DNA of 63,992 bases, counting the filler, from Octopus bimaculoides (lineage: Eukaryota), in the NCBI RefSeq assembly GCF_001194135.2. It is 8 parts of 8 records of this genome, joined end to end, with 100 filler letters (N's around TTAATTAATTAA, not from the genome) between each part and the next. Parts side by side here need not be neighbours in the genome. Positions count along the whole stretch, not along the records: positions 32,611 to 46,334 come from NW_026304584.1; positions 46,435 to 53,279 come from NC_069003.1; 6 more parts are not named here. One strand, written 5' to 3'. The translations under genes and the position numbers were made by a program. Position 1 is the stretch's first letter. Every line of letters starts with the position of its first letter. This document shows, piece by piece, positions 39,031 through 51,361 of the stretch. The notes beneath the pieces were generated by a model that saw only the letters and a program-made list of their open reading frames with translations, did not search any database and was not told the origin of the DNA.

Positions 39031-41034
39031 TGCTCTGTGTATGTGTGTGTGTGCGCAAGATGCTCTGTGTGTGTGTGTGCTTGCTTCTCTGTGTGTGTAT
39101 GTGTATGTGTGTGCGTGCTTCTCTGTGTGTGTATGTGTGTGCGTGAACGAACACACGAACACAGAGAATGATCATCGCTATGTGATCTTCTTCTAGCACG
39201 AAAGCCGTCCATCTACTGGTCTCTTCTCTCACCCTCTCTCTCTCTCTGTGGATTTCGTAGACGGAAACTGAAAGGAAGCCCTTCGACTATATGCATTGTG
39301 TGGTAACTAGCTTGCTTACCAGCCATATGATGCCAGGTTCAGTCCCACAGCGTGGCACCTTGGGCAAGTGTCTTCTACTATAGCCCCGGGCCGACCAAAG
39401 CCTTGTGAGTGGATTTGGTAGACGGAAACTGTAAGAAGCCCAGCTTATATATATANNNNNNNNNNNNNNNNNNNNNNNNNNNNNNNNNNNNNNNNNNNNN
39501 NNNNNNNNNNNNNNNNNNNNNNNNNNNNNNNNNNNNNNNNNNNNNNNNNNNNNNNNNNNNNNNNNNNNNNNNNNNNNNNNNNNNNNNNNNNNNNNNNNNN
39601 NNNNNNNNNNNNNNNNNNNNNNNNNNNNNNNNNNNNNNNNNNNNNNNNNNNNNNNNNNNNNNNNNNNNNNNNNNNNNNNNNNNNNNNNNNNNNNNNNNNN
39701 NNNNNNNNNNNNNNNNNNNNNNNNNNNNNNNNNNNNNNNNNNNNNNNNNNNNNNNNNNNNNNNNNNNNNNNNNNNNNNNNNNNNNNNNNNNNNNNNNNNN
39801 NNNNNNNNNNNNNNNNNNNNNNNNNNNNNNNNNNNNNNNNNNNNNNNNNNNNNNNNNNNNNNNNNNNNNNNNNNNNNNNNNNNNNNNNNNNNNNNNNNNN
39901 NNNNNNNNNNNNNNNNNNNNNNNNNNNNNNNNNNNNNNNNNNNNNNNNNNNNNNNNNNNNNNNNNNNNNNNNNNNNNNNNNNNNNNNNNNNNNNNNNNNN
40001 NNNNNNNNNNNNNNNNNNNNNNNNNNNNNNNNNNNNNNNNNNNNNNATATATATATATATATATATACGCATATATATACACACACATATATATATACAT
40101 GTATATATATATCCCCAAGGGGAACACACCTTAGGGTGGATCCGCCGAGGATCGAACCAGGATATTACGCGCCAAATCTTGTATTTACTCGAGTAACAAA
40201 GCAGACGACGGAAGCCTGAACCTGTTTTGTATATATGTGGTTATATTCAACAAGGGTTTATTAGATATATACACGCTGTTGTGTGTAGAATTTGGAAGGG
40301 TTCGATAGGGGAGAGACCCCTTTATCGGATGTATACAGTGTTTCATAGAGAAATATTAAGGGTTTTGGGTGAAACGTGGCCGTTTAGGGCCCAGGATGGG
40401 TGGAAAAACGGCTTAAAGGCGCGCGTGTTGATTGTTGGTGAGAGAGAAAGAGTAAGAGAACATGAAGGAGTGGGAGGAAAGTTAAGTGTGAGAGAGAGAG
40501 AATGATGTTAAGAGAGAGATGTAGGGAGGGGGAATGATTTTAAGAGAGAGATATAGGGAGGGAGGAGAGAGTGTCGTCTGCAGCCTTACGATAAGAGACG
40601 GCGTTCACTTTGGACACCCGTTTGGGGTTCACTATAACGGCCTTCTCGCGGCCCCTGGACAATATATATGTTATATTATGGCATCTGTGTGTTTATTGAG
40701 GACTGAAGAAGGTACAGGGATTTCTTAGGGGTCTCTGTGCGGTCCCTATTTCTATGAAATGCCCCTGGATGGGGGCTCAGTGTCGATCAACGTATGGCGA
40801 AAAGCTCGGATTTTACCTCGGACCTAGGATTCATTATTGGCGAGTTTACACTCCTGGATCTCGATCCCTTAAAGGGGTCTGTGCGGTTATGGATGGATTA
40901 AGGACCCTGGTGTCCCCCTAATCCGGAAACCTCGTCAAAACCGGCATCAATTATGAAATACCAGCGATTCTTTGGACCTGTTTATGGAGATCTTACGGCC
41001 CTCCCGGGTCACCACATTTACGGGTTAACCCCCT

Positions 41035-41480
41035 CAGAACTGGCTCTATATTGCTGTAACCGCTCCACCCGTGGCCTCCACGGCCGAAAGGACGGACCAC
41101 AGGAGACCAAGGTAAGCGTTCCACCTTTTTATATGCATCCAGAGACACTCCAAACACGACCATCCCTTGCTAAATATATCCACATATCCACACATACACA
41201 TATATGTATGTATATATACGCTCATAACTGGCTTTGTATTGCTATAACTGCTCCACCCGGAGACGCTCCAAATACGACCACCCTTGCTAAATATATTCAT
41301 ATATATGTATATATACGCTCGTAACTGGCTCTGTATTGCTATAACCGCTCCACCCGTGGCCTCCACGGCCGAAAGGAACGGACCACTGGAGACCAAAGGA
41401 AGCGTTTCCACCTTTTATATCCGTGTAAAGCGTCCGGAGACGCTCCAAATACGACCACCCTTGCTAAATATATCCATATA
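41035..41480 (-). repeat. Inverted cluster of the same ~170-bp module (right arm)
   Basis: Reverse complement of the 38.1-38.5 kb units; two full units and one internally deleted unit. Confidence 0.85.
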
Positions 41481-41559
41481 TATCCATATATATGTATATA
41501 TATGTATATATACGCATATATACACTCGTTTATTGTGCTTTTAATTATTAATTGTTAAT

Positions 41560-41737
41560 TAATTGATTGCTAATTGAGTTTTTACCTGTAATTTTGGATT
41601 TGTCCCTAATATTATTATATATACACACATGTACATACACACATATATATATATTTATATATATACACACATGTATATACACATATATATACACACAAAC
41701 ATTATATATATATATATACATACATATATATATATAA

Positions 41738-41786
<49 letters not shown>

Positions 41787-41918
41787 TATATACACACATA
41801 TACACACACATATATATACACGTATATACACACAAACATTATATATATATACATACATATACACACACACACATATATATATATATACACATATATATAT
41901 ATATACATATATACATTC

Positions 41919-41983
<65 letters not shown>

Positions 41984-42106
41984 CATATATACACACAAGC
42001 ATATATATACATACATATATACATATATATACACACACATATATATATATATATATACACATACATATATATATTTATATATATACATACATTTATATTT
42101 ATATAT

Positions 42107-42156
<50 letters not shown>

Positions 42157-42587
42157 GTATATANNNNNNNNNNNNNNNNNNNNNNNNNNNNNNNNNNNNN
42201 NNNNNNNNNNNNNNNNNNNNNNNNNNNNNNNNNNNNNNNNNNNNNNNNNNNNNNNNNNNNNNNNNNNNNNNNNNNNNNNNNNNNNNNNNNNNNNNNNNNN
42301 NNNNNNNNNNNNNNNNNNNNNNNNNNNNNNNNNNNNNNNNNNNNNNNNNNNNNNNNNNNNNNNNNNNNNNNNNNNNNNNNNNNNNNNNNNNNNNNNNNNN
42401 NNNNNNNNNNNNNNNNNNNNNNNNNNNNNNNNNNNNNNNNNNNNNNNNNNNNNNNNNNNNNNNNNNNNNNNNNNNNNNNNNNNNNNNNNNNNNNNNNNNN
42501 NNNNNNNNNNNNNNNNNNNNNNNNNNNNNNNNNNNNNNNNNNNNNNNNNNNNNNNNNNNNNNNNNNNNNNNNNNNNNNNNNNNNNNN

Positions 42588-42634
<47 letters not shown>

Positions 42635-42911
42635 GAGAGAGAGAGAGACAGAGAGAGACAGAGAGAGACAGAGACAGAGACAGAGAGACACACAGAGATA
42701 GAGATAGAGAGAGAGACACACACACACAGAGAGACAGAGACAGAGAGAGAGACACAGACAGAGAGACAGAGAGAGAGAGACACAGAGAGAGAGAGAGAGA
42801 AAGGCACAGAAAGAGAGACACAGAGAGAGAAAGAGAGAGAGACACACACACACACAGAGAAAGAGAGACAGAGAGAGAGAGAGAGAGATACAGAGAGAGA
42901 GAGAGAGATAC

Positions 42912-42944
<33 letters not shown>

Positions 42945-43040
42945 TACAGAGAGAGAGAGAGATACAGAGAGAGACAGAGACACAGACACAGAAAGAGAGA
43001 GAGAGACACACACACAGAAAGAGAGAGAAAGAGAGAGGAG
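41560..43040. repeat. Compound microsatellite (TA/CA then GA/CA)
   Basis: Representative of many (TA)n, (CA)n, (TATG)n, (AAT)n and (GA)n tracts. Source of the longest spurious ORFs. Confidence 0.95.
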
Positions 43041-43680
43041 ACCACTAGGTGGACGGCTCTTGTGCTAGAAGAAGATCACATAGTGATCTCCTGTATATAT
43101 AGAGATATACAATGATCCTTCTCTGTGTCTGTGTGTCCGTTCTTGTTCTTGGTGGATTTGGTAGACGGAAACTGAAAGGAAGCCCGTTGAATATACGCAT
43201 TGTGTGGTAACTAGCTTGCTTACCAACCACATGGTTCCGGGTTCAGTCCCACTGCGTGGCACCTTGGGCAAGTGTCTTCTACTATAGCCTCGGGCCAACC
43301 AAAGCCTTGTGAGTGGATTTGGTAGACGGAAACTGAAAGGAAGCCCCTCATATATATATATATATGCATGTGTGTGTCTGTTTGTCCCTCACCCCAACAA
43401 CAACGCTTGACAACCGATGCTGGTGTGCTAACGTCCTCCCCCATGCCTGTAACCCCTGCGGTAACCCCTTGTGGTAACCCCCTGCTCTCCAGCAAAACCC
43501 CAACGGATCGAATCCAGCAGCAGGCTTTTACAAGCCAACCCCTCCTGGGGTCGATATCTGCTCTCGGCTAAAAAAAGAACGCCATTTCTCCAATCAACCA
43601 AGCTTTATTTATTCCATCCATGCCACTCACGTCTGAAACGGAAACCATTACGTTTAGTGAAATTGGGGGCTTCTGATTTG

Positions 43681-44557
43681 AGGGTTAGGGTTGGGGTTTT
43701 AGGGTTAGGGTTAGGGTTTTAGGGTTTGGGATAGGGTTAGGGTTAGGGTTTTAGGGTTAGGGTTCGGGATAGGGTTAGGGTTAGGGTTTTAGGGTTAGGA
43801 ATAGGGTTAGGGTTAGGGTTAGGGTTTTAGGGTTAGGGATAGGGTTTTAGGGTTAAGATTAGGGTCAGAGTTAGGGTTTTAGGGTCAGGGTTAGGGTCAG
43901 GGTTAGGGTTAGGGTTTTAGGGTTAGTGTTTTAGGGTTAGGGTTTTAGTGTTAGGGTTAGGGTTAGGATTTTAGAGTCAGGGTTATGGTTTCAGAGTAAG
44001 GGCTAGGGTTAGGGTTGGGGTTTTAGGGTTAGGGATAGTGTTAGGGTTTTAGGGTCAGGGTTAGGGTTTTAGAGTAAGGGTTAGGGTTTTAGGGTTAGGG
44101 ATAGGGTCAGGGTTAGGGATAGGGTCAGAGTTAGGGTTTTAAAGTCAGGGTTAGGGTTTTAGAGTAAGGGTTAGGGTTAGGGTTTTAGGGTTAGGGATAG
44201 GGTCAGGTTTAGGGTTAGGGTTAGGGTTTTGGGGTTAGGAATAGGGTTAGTGTTAGGGTTAGGGTTTTAGGGTTAGGGATAGGGTTTTAGGGTTAGGGTT
44301 AGAGTTAGGGATAGGGTCAGGATTAGGTTTAGGGTTAGGGTTTTAGGGTTAGGGATATGGTTAGGGTTAGTGTTAGGGTTTTGGGGTTAGAGATAGGGTC
44401 AGGGTTACGGTTTTAGAGTAAGGGTTAGGGTTAGGGTTAGGGTTTTAGGGTTAGGGTCAGGGTTAGGGTTTTAAAGTCAGGGTTAGGGTTTTAGGGTCAG
44501 AGTTAAGGTGTTAGGGTCAGGGCTAGGGTTTTATAGTTAATGCTTTAGGGTTTTAGA
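43681..44557 (+). repeat. Degenerate telomeric array (TTAGGG with TTTTAGGG, TCAGGG, ATAGGG variants)
   Basis: Directly visible; G-rich strand on plus. Confidence 0.95.
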
Positions 44558-44956
44558 CTAAAAACGCTGTGCTCCAGCTTGGCCAATTTAAATAAAACAA
44601 CACCATTTATCCGATCAATGAATCAAACATAACCAAGCTTTATTTAACCCATCCATGCCACTCACCCCTGAAACGGAAACCATTACGTGGTAATTAATAA
44701 AATTGGGTCCTTCTGATTTGAGGGCGGGTGGGGGAACCATTTGGTCTCTCATGAAAACCCTTTTAATCTAGGGACCCTAGGGGGAATGAATGATGGCGTG
44801 TATTGAGGTGAAGGTGAGATTACTGCTGTGGACGGTCGACAAGATGTTGTGGCGGTGTAATAGGGTTCTTTTCCCTTGAATAGAATTAGGGTCTTTGTTT
44901 GTTAATAATGATTATTGGCGGTTGTGTTATTTATGACAACGTTTGTGCGTTTGGAC

Positions 44957-45134
44957 TGGGTTTAGGGTTAGGGTTTTAGGGTTAGGGTTAGGGTTTTAGG
45001 GTTAGGGTTTGGGTCAGGGTTAGGGTTAGGGTTAGGGTTTTAGGGTTAGGGTTTGGGTCAGGCTTAGGGATGGAGTTTTAGGGTTAGGGTTTTAGGGTCA
45101 CAGTTAGGGTTTTATGGTCAGGGCTAGGGATAGG
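44957..45134 (+). repeat. Second degenerate telomeric array
   Basis: TTAGGG/TTTTAGGG/TCAGGG run that merges into the 46-bp satellite. Confidence 0.9.
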
Positions 45135-46334
45135 GTGCCAGTATAGAGTTTAGTGTCCAATGAAGGAGGGGTTGGCATGGGTGCCAGTACAGAGTTTAGT
45201 GTCCAATGAAGGAGGGGTCGGCATGGGTGCCAGTACACAGTTTAGTGTCCAATGAAGGAGAGGTTGGCATGGGTGCCACTACAGAGTTTAGTGTCCAATG
45301 AAGGAGGGGTTGGCATGGGTGCCAGTACAGAGTTTAGTGTCCAATGTAGGAGAGGTTAGCATGGGTGCCACTACAGAGTTTAGTGTCCAATGAAGGAGGG
45401 GTTGGCATGGGTGCCACTACAGAGTTTAGTGTCCAATGAAGGAGGGGTTGGCATGGGAGCCAGTACAGAGTTTAGTCTCCAATGAAGGAGNNNNNNNNNN
45501 NNNNNNNNNNNNNNNNNNNNNNNNNNNNNNNNNNNNNNNNNNNNNNNNNNNNNNNNNNNNNNNNNNNNNNNNNNNNNNNNNNNNNNNNNNNNNNNNNNNN
45601 NNNNNNNNNNNNNNNNNNNNNNNNNNNNNNNNNNNNNNNNNNNNNNNNNNNNNNNNNNNNNNNNNNNNNNNNNNNNNNNNNNNNNNNNNNNNNNNNNNNN
45701 NNNNNNNNNNNNNNNNNNNNNNNNNNNNNNNNNNNNNNNNNNNNNNNNNNNNNNNNNNNNNNNNNNNNNNNNNNNNNNNNNNNNNNNNNNNNNNNNNNNN
45801 NNNNNNNNNNNNNNNNNNNNNNNNNNNNNNNNNNNNNNNNNNNNNNNNNNNNNNNNNNNNNNNNNNNNNNNNNNNNNNNNNNNNNNNNNNNNNNNNNNNN
45901 NNNNNNNNNNNNNNNNNNNNNNNNNNNNNNNNNTAGAGTTTAGTGTCCAATGAAGGAGGGGTTGGCATGGGTGCCAGTACAGAGTTTAGTGTCCAATGTA
46001 GGAGAGGTTGGCATGGGTGCCAGTACAGAGTTTAGTGTCCAATGAAGGAGAGGTTGGCATGGGTGCCAGTACAGAGTTTAGTGTCCAATGAAGGAGGGGT
46101 TGGCATGGGTGCCAGTACAGACTTTAGTGTCCAATGAAGGAGGAGTTGGCATGGGTGCCAGTCCAGAGTTTAGTGTCCAATGAAGGAGGAGTTGGCATGG
46201 GTGCCAGTACAGAGTTTAGTGTCCAATGTAGGAGAGGTTGGCATGGGTGCCAGTACAGAGTTTAGTGTCCAATGAAGGAGAGGTTGTCATGGGTGCCAGT
46301 ACAGAGTTTAGTGTTCAATGAAGGAGGGGTTGGC
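45135..46334 (+). repeat. 46-bp minisatellite (gtgccagtacagagtttagtgtccaatgaaggaggggttggcatgg)n
   Basis: Period 46 (e.g. 45135, 45181), highly homogeneous, spans a gap (45491-45933) and runs to the contig end. Confidence 0.95.
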
Positions 46335-46488
46335 NNNNNNNNNNNNNNNNNNNNNNNNNNNNNNNNNNNNNNNNNNNNTTAATTAATTAANNNNNNNNNN
46401 NNNNNNNNNNNNNNNNNNNNNNNNNNNNNNNNNNCACGTACATACATGCATACACACACATGTATATATGCACACATATATTAATATA

Positions 46489-46528
<40 letters not shown>

Positions 46529-46529
46529 A

Positions 46530-47045
46530 ATATAGTGGTTGTCTGCTCATTATGCAAAGTCTGACCACCTCTTGTACTTACACTTCAGATCCATCATGGT
46601 GTGTGATGTGGCTTTTTAAACCAGACAATGTATTGAAAAGACATAACCACATAGACTGCATATCTGATTTGGACCACCAAGAACTACAGTTAAGTTCTGA
46701 TCTTTGTGGATCTTAAAATGTATTCTGAGGCTTCTGTTAGATTTGCAGACCTTATGGCATACACAGCATTGAAAGGTGTACACAGATATATAGGCAGAAT
46801 AGTTGGTGGAGGTTCGTTTTTCATGGATCTGCAAATGAGATTTGAGCCCAGCAAAAGGAAGGCATGGTCTGTCACAAACTGTGCACACAAAAAAATCGCT
46901 GAGATTCACCTTCTTGATCACAACATTCTTCTTTAAATCTCTCTTGAGTCTTGCAAGTGTCATCCTGGCCTCCTCAAAAGCTTCCACTCCACTCCACACT
47001 TTTGTTCACCCTCAAGCTTGATCCAAAGCCAGGGTTTCTATGACC
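46530..47045 (-). mobile_element. RTE-clade LINE ORF2 C-terminus with three C2H2 fingers
   Basis: ETLALD....VWSGVEAFEEAR...KRDLKK (RTE C-terminal signature), then CTVCDRPC..FAGLKSHLQIH, CCVCHKVCKSNRSLRIHFKIH and frameshifted CSLCGYVF...GLKSHITHH. Confidence 0.8.
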
Positions 47046-47535
47046 TTTGGATTAATTCCAAGTGAGTTCATGGTAGTCTTTATACCCTCCTTATATGTAT
47101 ATATGCATGTAGTATGCTTTTATTTATATACGTGTGTGTGTATATGCATGCATGCATGCATGCATGTATGTATGTATGTATGTATGTATGTATGTATATA
47201 TATGTATGTATTTTTCTATTTTCTCTCCCTCTTTATTTCTGTGTTCCTTTCTGTCGGAGAGCATAGGCTTGAAACGTAAAAGACTGTCTCATTTCCCAAG
47301 TGTTAAACTAACACATGATTGTTGTTTACACATCCGTCTTCGTCTTTTGGTTTTTTGTAAATTCTCACTATGTATATATGTATGTTTGTATGTATGTGTG
47401 TATAGATAGATAGATAGACAGACTGACAGGTCGTTAGATAGAGCGATAGACAGTTAGAGAGAAAGAAAGATAGATAGATTGGGAGATAGATAACCCTTTT
47501 AAATTCGTCATCTTAATCACTCTCATTACTTCCAG

Positions 47536-47647
47536 ATTTCTCTACCAAATGACACAGTAAGAGGTATTGAAGCTGAACATTTTCAAGGTAATCTCTCACA
47601 CAGCAATGACCATTTCCAAGATGTTGTAGTAGATATTTACATCTCAA
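47536..47647 (+). CDS. Putative exon A of an uncharacterised ependymin/LolA-fold-like protein gene (ISLPNDTVRGIEAEHFQGNLSHSNDHFQDVVVDIYIS)
   Basis: ttacttccag acceptor, 112-nt open frame, perfect gtaagt donor, ends in phase 1, compatible with exon B. VRGI motif. Confidence 0.65.
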
Positions 47648-47829
47648 GTAAGTCAGTTAAATAGTTCTTTTCGTTTTATTGCCCCCTCTGACTTTTCTAT
47701 TCACTGTGATCCCTTTCCATTTCTATTTTCTGTTCTATCATCTCTTTTCAAGGGACCTCTGAGCTTGGAAGGTTTTCCCTGGAACCATGTTTTGTAAATC
47801 AGTATGCCTGGATATATATATATAGAGAG

Positions 47830-47860
<31 letters not shown>

Positions 47861-48531
47861 NNNNNNNNNNNNNNNNNNNNNNNNNNNNNNNNNNNNNNNN
47901 NNNNNNNNNNNNNNNNNNNNNNNNNNNNNNNNNNNNNNNNNNNNNNNNNNNNNNNNNNNNNNNNNTTACATTACTCTCTACTTATATATATATATATAAA
48001 GTTGAATTTAACGTTAGCGTCTTATGAAGCTAAATTTATAAGTTCTAAAATTGCAGAAGAATTCGTTGCTGGGCAGTTTAGTTTAATGGTGAAACACTTG
48101 ACGCGTAATCACAGAGATGTGAGTTCAAGTCTCATGGCTGGCCAGTAACGTATTTTTCTGCAATAAATGGATAATTTATCCTGATCATGCTAGTTATAGC
48201 ATTATCATGCGTTTGAGAAATAAATTTATTTCTGTATCTTACAATACATCTCAACGCTTCTAAAAAAGAACAAACTTTGTTTGTTTACTTTCATTGTAAA
48301 ATGGAATTTATGCAGCTGAGGATTGCTCTGCATTTAAATTGATGTAATGCTTGCATTGTTCAATTAAATGGAGTTGCTTGAAACGATCGTACTGCATTAC
48401 CTCTGGATATACTTGTTGCTTATTTTGATTTTAATCACCTTATTTTGAAGTTGTATGGATAATACCGTACTAAATTCTGGTGCCTCAACTTAAGTACCAT
48501 ATTCATCTGAATCTATCTATCTATCTATCTA

Positions 48532-48564
<33 letters not shown>

Positions 48565-48776
48565 GGTGGGTTTCTTTCAGTTTCCGTCTACCAAATCCAC
48601 TCACAAACTCACAAGGCATTCATCAACCCAAGACTATAGTAGAAGACATTTGCCCAAAGTGCCACACTGTGGGACTGAACATGGAACCATGGGGTTGGGA
48701 AGCAAACTTCTTACCACTCAGCCATGCTTGTGCTTCTTATATTTATATATATATATATTTATTATTTTATTTCCAG

Positions 48777-48943
48777 GAGACCACTGGACAACGGAGAATG
48801 ATAACACAATGCCTGTGCCTCTCCGAATAGAATTCTGTGGGAAGGTGAAATCTTCTGGTAAACCGTTTTGCCATTATTTTGATTATTTTTATTTCAACTT
48901 CGTCCAAGTCTTCTCCTTCAAAGAACGAGAGAACGTTTTTGAG
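48777..48943 (+). CDS. Putative exon B of the same gene (RDHWTTENDNTMPVPLRIEFCGKVKSSGKPFCHYFDYFYFNFVQVFSFKERENVFE)
   Basis: Strong ttttatttccag acceptor; phase-1 start completes AGA; 167-nt open frame; gtaata donor in phase 0. W...PVPLRIE..G...F.HYFDY..F...VFE motif spacing. Confidence 0.65.
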
Positions 48944-49449
48944 GTAATACCAACATTTCATCAAATTATTTAATAGTTGTCATTTAGCCTTAGAGTCATT
49001 GTTGATAAAAACTGTTGCAGCTTTGACCATCCTCTTCTCTTAGAGATGTGCCAGGTGACATTATCTAATGGAAGGCTGATGTGGTGTGATTGCAATGATT
49101 TGAGGGAGATTCCAGTGGCTATTTCTAGAGGAAGAGGTGTTGTTTTGTTGTTGTTAGTGGTTGTGTGGCAGTGACGATGGTGGTAGCAGTGGCAGCAATG
49201 GTAGTGGCAGTGGTGGTGGTGGGGGCAATGGTGGTGGTGGCGGCAGTGGTGTTANNNNNNNNNNNNNNNNNNNNNNNNNNNNNNNNNNNNNNNNNNNNNN
49301 NNNNNNNNNNNNNNNNNNNNNNNNNNNNNNNNNNNNNNNNNNNNNNNNNNNNNNGCTTGACTGAGGTCTGGAGAGCCAGTGGCCGCACCAAGCTACAATC
49401 TGATCTGGCAATGTTTCTACCGCTGGATGCCCTTCCTAATGCTACTTTT

Positions 49450-49715
49450 TACAAGCCACCGGCACAAGAGTCAGTTAGGCGGGCTTGGAATCGATCATGT
49501 TCGGATAGTGCTTTTTACGTGCCACCGGCACAGGGGCCAGTCAGGGTGTATTGGCATTGGCCACGTTTGGATGGTACCTTTTACATGCCACTGGCATGGG
49601 AGCCAGTCAGGGGGTACTAGCATCAGACACATTTGGATGGTGCTTTTTACGTGCCACCGGCATGGGAGCCAGTCAGGGGGACTGGCATTGGCCACATTGA
49701 GATGGTGCTTTTTAT
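49450..49715 (+). repeat. ~65-bp tandem subrepeats of the SINE-D 5' region (4 copies)
   Basis: Repeated gcttttacgtgccaccggcatgggagccagtcaggggg...ggcattggccac. Confidence 0.75.
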
Positions 49716-49716
49716 G

Positions 49717-49749
<33 letters not shown>

Positions 49750-51108
49750 NNNNNNNNNNNNNNNNNNNNNNNNNNNNNNNNNNNNNNNNNNNNNNNNNNN
49801 NNNNNNNNNNNNNNNNNNNNNNNNNNNNNNNNNNNNNNNNNNNNNNNNNNNNNNNNNNNNNNNNNNNNNNNNNNNNNNNNNNNNNNNNNNNNNNNNNNNN
49901 NNNNNNNNNNNNNNNNNNNNNNNNNNNNNNNNNNNNNNNNNNNNNNNNNNNNNNNNNNNNNNNNNNNNNNNNNNNNNNNNNNNNNNNNNNNNNNNNNNNN
50001 NNNNNNNNNNNNNNNNNNNNNNNNNNNNNNNNNNNNNNNNNNNNNNNNNNNNNNNNNNNNNNNNNNNNNNNNNNNNNNNNNNNNNNNNNNNNNNNNNNNN
50101 NNNNNNNNNNNNNNNNNNNNNNNNNNNNNNNNNNNNNNNNNNNNNNNNNNNNNNNNNNNNNNNNNNNNNNNNNNNNNNNNNNNNNNNNNNNNNNNNNNNN
50201 NNNNNNNNNNNNNNNNNNNNNNNNNNNNNNNNNNNNNNNNNNNNNNNNNNNNNNNNNNNNNNNNNNNNNNNNNNNNNNNNNNNNNNNNNNNNNNNNNNNN
50301 NNNNNNNNNNNNNNNNNNNNNNNNNNNNNNNNNNNNNNNNNNNNNNNNNNNNNNNNNNNNNNNNNNNNNNNNNNNNNNNNNNNNNNNNNNNNNNNNNNNN
50401 NNNNNNNNNNNNNNNNNNNNNNNNNNNNNNNNNNNNNNNNNNNNNNNNNNNNNNNNNNNNNNNNNNNNNNNNNNNNNNNNNNNNNNNNNNNNNNNNNNNN
50501 NNNNNNNNNNNNNNNNNNNNNNNTATATATATATATATATATATATATGATATTTTACATTATATTTTGACATTTATAGGCATTTTTATGGACCACGTCC
50601 AATATTTGCGATTTTTCATTATTCACGGCTTTTTATTATTTGCAGGTGCTCTAGGAACGTAACCCCCGTGAATACCAGAGGCTACTGTATTTAGATACTG
50701 GTGGGTGGGGGAAGGGGTGCTGGAAAGTTCCTGGTTTTGGGGAAAAGAAAATACTGAAGGATCAGTTAATTATGATTCACACACTGATAGGATTTTTTAT
50801 GCTTCTTGGATGATTTTTTTCCCTCCTGAATGTTAATGACCCAATCAATAACCTCCAAGGTAATTAGACCATAAAGATCATAAGCCAAATGAGTGCTTAA
50901 GATATCTAAATAAAGATTCAAATCATGAAAGAAGCATAATAAATTTGATGATTTGAATATAAAGCCTAGTGCTTATTCTATCTGTCTCTTTTGCCAAACC
51001 ATTACATTATGGGAACGTAACCACACCAACACCAGTTGTCAAGCAGTGATTGGAGAACAAACATAGACACAAAGACACACACACGTAGATACCTATGTAT
51101 ATATACAT

Positions 51109-51200
<92 letters not shown>

Positions 51201-51361
51201 GACAGGTTTCTTTCAGTTTCCATCTACCAAATCTACTCACAAGAATTTGGTCAGCCTGAGGCAAAAGTAGAAGACACTTACCCAAGGTGCCACAGTGGGA
51301 CTGAACCCAGAATCATATGGCTGGGAAGCAAGCTTCTTACCATGCAGCCTCACCTGCACCT

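Noticed and set aside
38726-39232. 168-aa minus-strand ORF upstream of Max
   Set aside because: Built from (CA)n and a pyrimidine tract across the candidate promoter; no domain similarity.
41340-41400. Twister, pistol or HDV-like ribozyme within the ~170-bp module
   Set aside because: Superficial matches exist (CGUGG/CCACG stem; GGC-CUCCACG-GCC), but the required pseudoknot partners and P1 strands are absent on both strands.
41629-43068. 479-aa and other long ORFs rich in YI/HT/CV/ER dipeptides or X
   Set aside because: Translations of microsatellites and N gaps; no coding signal.
45135-46334. 46-bp and 25-bp (59800-59920) repeats as CRISPR arrays
   Set aside because: No unique spacers, no cas genes, eukaryotic context; plain tandem repeats.
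50695-50836. Possible terminal exon YWWVGEG...MIFFPPEC* of the hidden gene
   Set aside because: The acceptor overlaps a MITE end, the phase does not chain with exon B, and a stop here conflicts with downstream exon C.
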